From positions 250,367 through 314,366 of IMG/VR virus record IMGVR_UViG_3300029288_006769: 64,000 bases of DNA. One strand, written 5' to 3'. This document shows positions 58,508 through 64,000 of this stretch, one piece after another. The position numbers and the translations under genes were made by a program. The notes beneath the pieces were generated by a model, which had not been told where the DNA came from, did no database searches, and saw only the letters and a program-made list of their open reading frames with translations. The DNA is from a virus. How positions within the stretch are numbered: position 1 is the first letter of the stretch; every line of letters begins with the position of its first letter.

Positions 58508-58827
58508 ATATTATGATGTAGCTGTTTTGACATATCTGGTAAAGAAATATTGTACATTGGGCGTCTAGAATACAAATCATCCATCTCAAAAACATACAAA
58601 TCTCTTGCTCTATTTCTAGCATGCAAATGTCTCATAGGTCTGAAATCTTCATAAATCCTGTTTTCAACAGGTTGTCCCTCGCTTTTATCAGAACCTCTAG
58701 GTACAATACTATCTACTTTTTGCTGAATTCGAACGGCATCGGGAGAATCTTTCGACAATTCAACAAATTCTTTACGAAGAGGACCACGTCTATAAGTAGC
58801 TGTTGGAGCAATTACTAAATTATCCAT
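58504..58827 (-). CDS. Hypothetical protein (107 aa)
   Basis: Operon context. 4-nt overlap with the downstream MTase gene. Confidence 0.45.
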   Translation of the reverse strand: MDNLVIAPTATYRRGPLRKEFVELSKDSPDAVRIQQKVDSIVPRGSDKSEGQPVENRIYEDFRPMRHLHARNRARDLYVFEMDDLYSRRPMYNISLPDMSKQLHHNI

Positions 58828-58868
58828 AAATTCCTTTAGTCAATTTGGGGACTTGCTCCCTCAAATAA

Positions 58869-59456
58869 TTAAGCCCAAATTCTTGTAAAAGGTCGATCAA
58901 ATAAATGTATTCTTCCTTTTGAATCTTTTCTCGGATTATCTTTATAATAAACATCTTGAAAAGTTCCTGATGTCTGCTTGTAAAGATAATGAATGAATTT
59001 CGCATAAGTATGAGCATTTGCATACCTGCTTGCAGGGTCTCTTATAGTTCTCAACATGGGTCTTACTGTAGACTTAAATGTTGCTTCTGGATTTACTGCC
59101 TTAGGGTCAAACCAAGCACCCAAATTCATTCCTTGATCAACAAGGTATTTGTCAGCTTCTAATTGAGGTTTCTCCACATCAGCCAAAAGATTCCTTTTCC
59201 TTGTACGCCATAAATTCAACATGTCATTGTTGAGAGTTAAAGTCATAGGAATTGTGGTTTCATTAATAGTATAGCCGCCTCTAACCGTAGGGTATTCTCT
59301 TTGAAAATTATTGAAAGTATCTTGTTCAGAAACAAATTGTGGAAGCGGCACTCCAGGATACTTTCTTGTAACATCAAACTGATCTCTTTCGACATTAGAA
59401 AATCTTTGACTTTTTCTTGCTGGATCAGCTATTACAATACCATGTAAAGTTGCCAT
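58869..59456 (-). CDS. Hypothetical protein (195 aa)
   Basis: Long ORF. Candidate promoter and AAAGGAA SD upstream. Confidence 0.5.
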   Translation of the reverse strand: MATLHGIVIADPARKSQRFSNVERDQFDVTRKYPGVPLPQFVSEQDTFNNFQREYPTVRGGYTINETTIPMTLTLNNDMLNLWRTRKRNLLADVEKPQLEADKYLVDQGMNLGAWFDPKAVNPEATFKSTVRPMLRTIRDPASRYANAHTYAKFIHYLYKQTSGTFQDVYYKDNPRKDSKGRIHLFDRPFTRIWA

Positions 59457-59485
59457 AATGATATTCCTTTCATTTCAATTTCGAA

Positions 59486-59515
59486 ATTATAAACATATAA
59501 CAAAAAATGTCACAA
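59486..59515 (-). promoter_or_regulatory. Candidate sigma-A-type promoter (TTGTGA - 18 nt - TATAAT) in the 61-bp intergenic region upstream of 58869..59456
   Basis: rc of 59457-59517 reads tgTTGTGAcattttttgttatatgtt TATAAT ttcg. The -10 hexamer is perfect. Confidence 0.35.
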
Positions 59516-59517
59516 CA

Positions 59518-62259
59518 TCAATAATTTATGTTCTCGAAAACTATACTTCTACCTTTTACTATATGATCTACATTTGAATTTTCATGCGAAACAAAATCCT
59601 CACTTGTATGCAACTCTTCTCTTTCTTTAGGGCTATCTACTGTCGCAACATTCGGGCCACCATGCAGAACATGCTTACTGCTCTTGTCGATCCCAGGTTG
59701 CATGATCTGATTAGGTAATATCACTTTAAATTTATGCCTTACATCAGTTCCATCAAGAACTTCAACAACAAAATGTTGTTGTGCTCTTACTCCACCAGGA
59801 CCTTCTACTGGAGTTATCGGCCCTATCAAACATCTATCACCATTTCTTCGAATTATCATGTCTCTTTGATTGACTATAGGACTTGGTCCTGTCCATGTTT
59901 CGATCTGATATGCTAATTTTAAGCCCCTATCAGTTTGTTGCACTCTTTGTTCTGTTGTCAAGGGACCTATAAGTATTGGGAATGGTCCATCAAATCCACC
60001 AACGAAACCCGAACCAAAACAAATTTCGCAATCTTGATCCGGTTGTTTATGAGTTCTTTCTTTAACATCTCTATAAGTACAAGCACATTTTACCCCTGCT
60101 TTTTTCTTTAAATAAAGCAAAACACGTTCTCCACCCTGTTCAAGCATCCATGCGTTTCTACGCACACACTCTTCTAAAATATACGTCATCTTGTCAGGCT
60201 GCAAAACCATTGGCGTTAATAAATCTAAATCAGTCTCGTCCTCGCTCGTTACGCACGTTACCTTATAAAAATAGTTCTTCCTTAACCGTATATCAATTGT
60301 GTTAGAAGGTACTCTATATGACACGAGCACTATTGAATATTCATTTGGTACAGGTGGCTCGAACCATTGTTTTTTTACTTCATCATATTGTCTTTTTGTT
60401 TCAAGTTCTATCACGCCTTCTAAACCTTGAAGTAAACGTACATAAGCTTGCCGTCCATCAATTGTTACGTTTACGAACTCTGATTTATCCGTAGGTGTAT
60501 TTTTACCTGAATCATCTATCACAGGTCGTTGGGACAAATAGATCAAATATTCTTTTTTAGGGTTCAAAGGTTGTATAATAATTGGATTTCCAGAAACCAC
60601 AACAAATTCTGAAAATCTAAACTCAATTTGCTTGTCACCTGAGACACCACAAAGTTCTATGTGTAATTCATCAGAATATCTATCAAACACACCAAGTTGT
60701 ATAAAATTCTGAGTCAAATGGTCAAAGAAATATGTTGTAATTATCTCTCCAACTCTTATGATTCTAAATTCTCCTGTTACATCACTAGAAGGAATTGTAG
60801 TTGGTATCTCTTGATTACCATTAACGTATTGAACAGAACTATATACTTCAGATAATCTCGACATTGCTCTAGAAATTTCGACACTATTCTGTTCGTCTTT
60901 TCGAACAATGAATTTGCAAGCTTGTATTCCAATATCGGGTGCAATCCAAGTAGAAAAATCAAACTTTATCTTTATTTCAAAATTTCCTCTAAGTTTATAT
61001 TTTGACACAAGTCTTGATGTCTGTTTCAAACCCACACTATCTTTGAAAATCACACCATCATACTGAAACAACATTTCGGCAGGATCTATTTCATCCCATT
61101 TTGCAGCATCAAATATTTCAGTAGAACTAAAATCATCATTCACATCATTACTAATGCTTACAGTTCTTCTAAACTGTTCACTCACATCTTCATTTACAAT
61201 CCGACTATCAAGATTTTTGTCAAGATATTGAGTAATTGCTATAGTGCTAGAATTAAGTTTTTGAAACGGGCCTATTTCTGAATCAGCTCTATAGATGTTA
61301 TATCCAATTACTTGATTATAAACCGGATACATATCGTCCCAACGAATATGTAGTTCACTTTGATTGAAAGGGCAGGACACAAAAACATTTGTAGGAATAT
61401 AATTGTTTTTAGCTATTTCAACATTATAGATTTCGGTATGAGTTGTCTCGACATTACCGATTTCATCAATAGCAAAAAATTTTATTGTTGTTCTTCTATT
61501 ATCTCTTACTCTTATTGGTGTTGCATAAACCAATGATGCTGTTGTCGGCTCAGTACCATTAATTGTATAGTAGATAATCGCTTTTGGATCGTCTACAGAA
61601 AGTACTATTTCTTGAGAAGTAAAAAATGAACCACCAGAAGGTGCAGCACTTGAAATTGGAGCAATCGAATCTATCTCGTAATTTTCTATTATTATTTCGG
61701 AATATGAATTGGAAACAAATGCAATTGCTTTTAATGTTGTTGTTCCTTGATTTGTTATAGAGAGTGGAGCGACATAAGTATCGGAATATAATGTAGGTGT
61801 TGAGCCATCTAAAGTAAAAAAAACTACAGCTGTCACATCTGTCGTAAGTGTTACAGATATAGCAGAATTAAAAAGACGTCCATGAGGAGCAGCTGTAACT
61901 ATAGGTGGCTGAATACTTGGATCTGGTATTGTTAAAAACTCGTAATCACTTTCACCTGTTGCTCCATGTAGATCATTAATTTCAACATGAACAGAAACAA
62001 TCTGACTATAATTAAAGTGAGCGATCTGATAAATATTTATGCTGACTGAATTCGGTACAGAATTTTCGTTTATTATTGTACCTTCAAAACCCGTTTGAAA
62101 CACGCCATTTACTATTGCAGGAACCGTAGCAATAGAAACATTCAATGTTGCAACATCAACACCATGTATATCTTGTGCTCTTAAAAATATTGGGACATCT
62201 AATTTTGCTCCAATATAACCTTGAGCTGGGCTAAAATCTAAAAAAGTTGGATTAGACAT
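59518..62259 (-). CDS. Virion structural protein (913 aa) with two CHB_HEX_C-like Ig domains, an 'NEDVSEQF' module and a C-terminal Cys-rich zinc-binding region
   Basis: 'AVVFFTLDGSTPTLYSDTYVAPLSI...TLKAIAF' and 'AIIYYTINGTEPTTASLVYATPIRV'. 'NEDVSEQFRRT'. 'CACTYRD...DCEICFGSG'. Confidence 0.7.
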   Translation of the reverse strand: MSNPTFLDFSPAQGYIGAKLDVPIFLRAQDIHGVDVATLNVSIATVPAIVNGVFQTGFEGTIINENSVPNSVSINIYQIAHFNYSQIVSVHVEINDLHGATGESDYEFLTIPDPSIQPPIVTAAPHGRLFNSAISVTLTTDVTAVVFFTLDGSTPTLYSDTYVAPLSITNQGTTTLKAIAFVSNSYSEIIIENYEIDSIAPISSAAPSGGSFFTSQEIVLSVDDPKAIIYYTINGTEPTTASLVYATPIRVRDNRRTTIKFFAIDEIGNVETTHTEIYNVEIAKNNYIPTNVFVSCPFNQSELHIRWDDMYPVYNQVIGYNIYRADSEIGPFQKLNSSTIAITQYLDKNLDSRIVNEDVSEQFRRTVSISNDVNDDFSSTEIFDAAKWDEIDPAEMLFQYDGVIFKDSVGLKQTSRLVSKYKLRGNFEIKIKFDFSTWIAPDIGIQACKFIVRKDEQNSVEISRAMSRLSEVYSSVQYVNGNQEIPTTIPSSDVTGEFRIIRVGEIITTYFFDHLTQNFIQLGVFDRYSDELHIELCGVSGDKQIEFRFSEFVVVSGNPIIIQPLNPKKEYLIYLSQRPVIDDSGKNTPTDKSEFVNVTIDGRQAYVRLLQGLEGVIELETKRQYDEVKKQWFEPPVPNEYSIVLVSYRVPSNTIDIRLRKNYFYKVTCVTSEDETDLDLLTPMVLQPDKMTYILEECVRRNAWMLEQGGERVLLYLKKKAGVKCACTYRDVKERTHKQPDQDCEICFGSGFVGGFDGPFPILIGPLTTEQRVQQTDRGLKLAYQIETWTGPSPIVNQRDMIIRRNGDRCLIGPITPVEGPGGVRAQQHFVVEVLDGTDVRHKFKVILPNQIMQPGIDKSSKHVLHGGPNVATVDSPKEREELHTSEDFVSHENSNVDHIVKGRSIVFENINY

Positions 62260-62644
62260 ATTTTTCTTCTAATTCTTGTATTTCATCAGCAACTTTTGCA
62301 ACTAATTTCTTTGCAATTTCTTTTTTGATTTCTAGCCAATCAATTTTAAAACTATGGTCATCGATATAATAGTCAGCATACACCTTTGACGAAGTTTGAA
62401 AATCTATACTCGGTATATTCTGATTCGCAATATCATAATGGATCTCATTGTCTTTCAAAAAGCTTGTTGCTTGTTTAAACATCTCACCACTACGACAAGT
62501 CCAAAGAATTATATAGCAACCTTTTTCATGTGCCCATTTCAAAACTTCTTTTGCGTTTGGCATAAGTTCTCTGGGCACATAATCTTTTTCGTCTTTTATA
62601 ATTGTGCCGTCAAAATCGATTGCAAGTATGAGTTTCTTCTTCAT
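62252..62644 (-). CDS. HAD-superfamily phosphatase (130 aa)
   Basis: Motif I 'LILAIDFDGTI' (DxDGT). Motif II Thr in 'IILWTCRS'. Motif IV 'YYIDDHSF'. Confidence 0.65.
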   Translation of the reverse strand: MKKKLILAIDFDGTIIKDEKDYVPRELMPNAKEVLKWAHEKGCYIILWTCRSGEMFKQATSFLKDNEIHYDIANQNIPSIDFQTSSKVYADYYIDDHSFKIDWLEIKKEIAKKLVAKVADEIQELEEKYV

Positions 62645-62976
62645 AATTTCACAAATTCAGAAATAATAAGTTCAGCTTTGACTTTTGATTTTGCTGCAGC
62701 TAATGCGTTGCGAATATAATTGATTTTTCCGTCGTACAAATCATTTATTTCTTCAAGAACTTTTTTATATTTGCTCATGTCAAAAAAAGCATAAGACTTA
62801 GGGTTGTGTAAATTCACTTTGTCTGTCAATTCCAAAAATTTCTTTTTTTGACTTTCAGAAAGCGACTCTGCAATATCCATGATTTCTATCTTCATGTTTT
62901 CTCCTTTACAGCACTTTACATAACAAAGGCAAAACAATATTATCAAATTCATTAAAACATAAAAACTTATCTTCAA
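62641..62976 (-). CDS. Small hypothetical protein (111 aa; the start is likely an internal Met near 62898, which avoids a 71-nt overlap with the upstream gene)
   Basis: Operon context. Hydrophobic N-terminus if the full-length form is real. Confidence 0.4.
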   Translation of the reverse strand: MKISFYVLMNLIILFCLCYVKCCKGENMKIEIMDIAESLSESQKKKFLELTDKVNLHNPKSYAFFDMSKYKKVLEEINDLYDGKINYIRNALAAAKSKVKAELIISEFVKL

Positions 62977-63886
62977 TAAAATGTTTAGAAACTGGTTTTA
63001 AAATTAAAAAATCTATGTCTTTTTTCATTCCTAATTTTTCATATATAGACAGTTTTCCATACCAATCAATATCATCCTCTCGATCTAACCCATCAATTTC
63101 AATATGTTTTGAAAACTCTGGTAAAAAGAAATCAGAATGTCTATATGTGTGTGTCAATCTAGGATGAGGAATGTGCTTTATATTTTTCTCTAATAACCAT
63201 TCATCGAAATCTTGCTCATGTAATGATGTATATCTATGACCATCAGTGCAAAGCCCTTGGTAACCAAATTTATGTATTCTGATATTTGCATAGGGCTCTA
63301 CATGAGTACAATTTTTACAATATAATGGGTTCCAGAATCTTTCTTTTGTAGCTTCATATTTATCACCACATTTTATACACGTCTTAATATACTTACCATC
63401 TATATAACAACTCTTTTTAAATTCTTGCATTTTATCGCGACAATCAGCGCATACTATTGTTCTGTGTTTTTGTAACACATTAGGCGTATGTCGTTTGCAA
63501 ATTTGACAATAATCTGTCTTTATCTCGTTAATAATTTTTAATTTTGCTTGTTTTTTTATTTCTTTCTTATGCTCTCTGCATTCTTCACAATAAATTACAG
63601 TCGCTCTTGGCACTGTTGTAGTTACTTCAATTCCACAATCAGGACAAATTCGAACCCAAGATTTTTTCTTCTTCTTATCTGCTCTATCTTTTCTTCTCTT
63701 TTTTACGCAATCAAAACAGAAAAAACCCTTATAAGAAATTTCTTTACCAATCAACTTATATGTATTGCACTGGCCACATTTTCTATATGTCATGCAAAAA
63801 TCACAATCTCTATTATTTAATGTAAAAAATGATAAATCAAGTGATTTATGACATTTTTTACATTTTCTTGTAGTTTTCAAACTCAT
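62906..63886 (-). CDS. Free-standing Zn-finger nuclease / homing-endonuclease-like protein (326 aa): at least 8 CxxC pairs followed by a PD-(D/E)XK-like core paralogous to 25918..27174
   Basis: Multiple 'C..C' pairs ('CKKCHKS', 'CDFCMTY', 'CGQCNTY', 'CFDCVKK', 'CPDCGIE', 'CEECREH', 'CQICKRH', 'CADCRDK', 'CIKCGDK', 'CKNCTHV'). Nuclease-like 'HSDFFLPEFSKHIEIDG' (compare 'HPDFYLPEFDEFIEIKG'). Confidence 0.6.
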   Translation of the reverse strand: MSLKTTRKCKKCHKSLDLSFFTLNNRDCDFCMTYRKCGQCNTYKLIGKEISYKGFFCFDCVKKRRKDRADKKKKKSWVRICPDCGIEVTTTVPRATVIYCEECREHKKEIKKQAKLKIINEIKTDYCQICKRHTPNVLQKHRTIVCADCRDKMQEFKKSCYIDGKYIKTCIKCGDKYEATKERFWNPLYCKNCTHVEPYANIRIHKFGYQGLCTDGHRYTSLHEQDFDEWLLEKNIKHIPHPRLTHTYRHSDFFLPEFSKHIEIDGLDREDDIDWYGKLSIYEKLGMKKDIDFLILKPVSKHFIEDKFLCFNEFDNIVLPLLCKVL

Positions 63887-64000
63887 TGTCCAAAACCCTT
63901 ACCCGCTTGAGTACCAAAACCAAGTACCCATTTCTTAACGCTCATTCTACCTGCGCACCAGGGTCCGAAAAAGCCGCCATAACTCATCGTATATCTGGAT
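63883..64000 (-). CDS. 3' end of a CDS that begins beyond the window (C-terminus '...MSYGGFFGPWCAGRMSVKKWVLGFGTQAGKGFGQ*')
   Basis: Open frame running off the window at 64000. Its TGA stop overlaps the ATG of the next gene (ATGA coupling). Confidence 0.4.
   Translation of the reverse strand, partial: SRYTMSYGGFFGPWCAGRMSVKKWVLGFGTQAGKGFGQ

Noticed and set aside
248-63820. All other plus-strand track ORFs (60-150 aa)
   Set aside because: Every one is antisense to a long minus-strand gene. They are AT-rich low-complexity translations with no SD or promoter context.
1-64000. CRISPR arrays, tRNA genes and integrase/att sites
   Set aside because: I saw no short regularly spaced direct repeats. 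No intergenic region is large enough (>=70 bp) to hold a tRNA without coding potential, and none has cloverleaf-like features. No recombinase-like ORF was found.

Overview
The window is a gene-dense, AT-rich, purely late/structural segment of a large tailed phage (contractile-tail, myovirus-like) or prophage. Every convincing gene is on the minus strand. Strong AAGGAG/GGAG Shine-Dalgarno sites precede many starts, which suggests a low-GC, SD-using (probably Firmicutes-like) host. Reading the minus strand from high to low coordinate, the order is roughly as follows. (1) A partial CDS. (2) A Zn-finger homing-endonuclease-like gene and a HAD phosphatase. (3) A 913-aa Ig/CHB_HEX_C-domain virion protein. 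(4) A roughly 7.5-kb glycan-biosynthesis island: a GT-D-like gene, three SAM methyltransferases, a GT4, and a 1273-aa GT2-GT2-GT4-GT2-TPR fusion. (5) Small ORFs plus an actin-like ATPase. (6) A 1359-aa tail fiber carrying an internal 204-bp tandem duplication. (7) Sheath (905 aa, with inserted domains), tube, chaperone-like ORFs, a 1233-aa tape measure, two tandem paralogous tube-initiator-like proteins, a baseplate hub, and a gp5/VgrG-like spike. (8) A second homing-endonuclease-like gene. (9) A glycine-zipper triple-repeat protein. (10) A run of giant ornate proteins (1876, 1546, 1063, 1175 and >=1775 aa). These carry Ig-like, FN3, PKD, GLUG, Flg_new, CHB_HEX_C and beta-propeller modules, and the last one runs off the window at position 1. 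I found no tRNAs, no CRISPR array and no convincing plus-strand gene. CDS coordinates are taken from the supplied ORF track. My by-eye indexing of hairpins and repeats may be off by 1-2 nt. Some track ORFs start with TTG or GTG (for example 14740 and 38376). Nearly all plus-strand track ORFs lie antisense inside long minus-strand genes, and I treat them as spurious.
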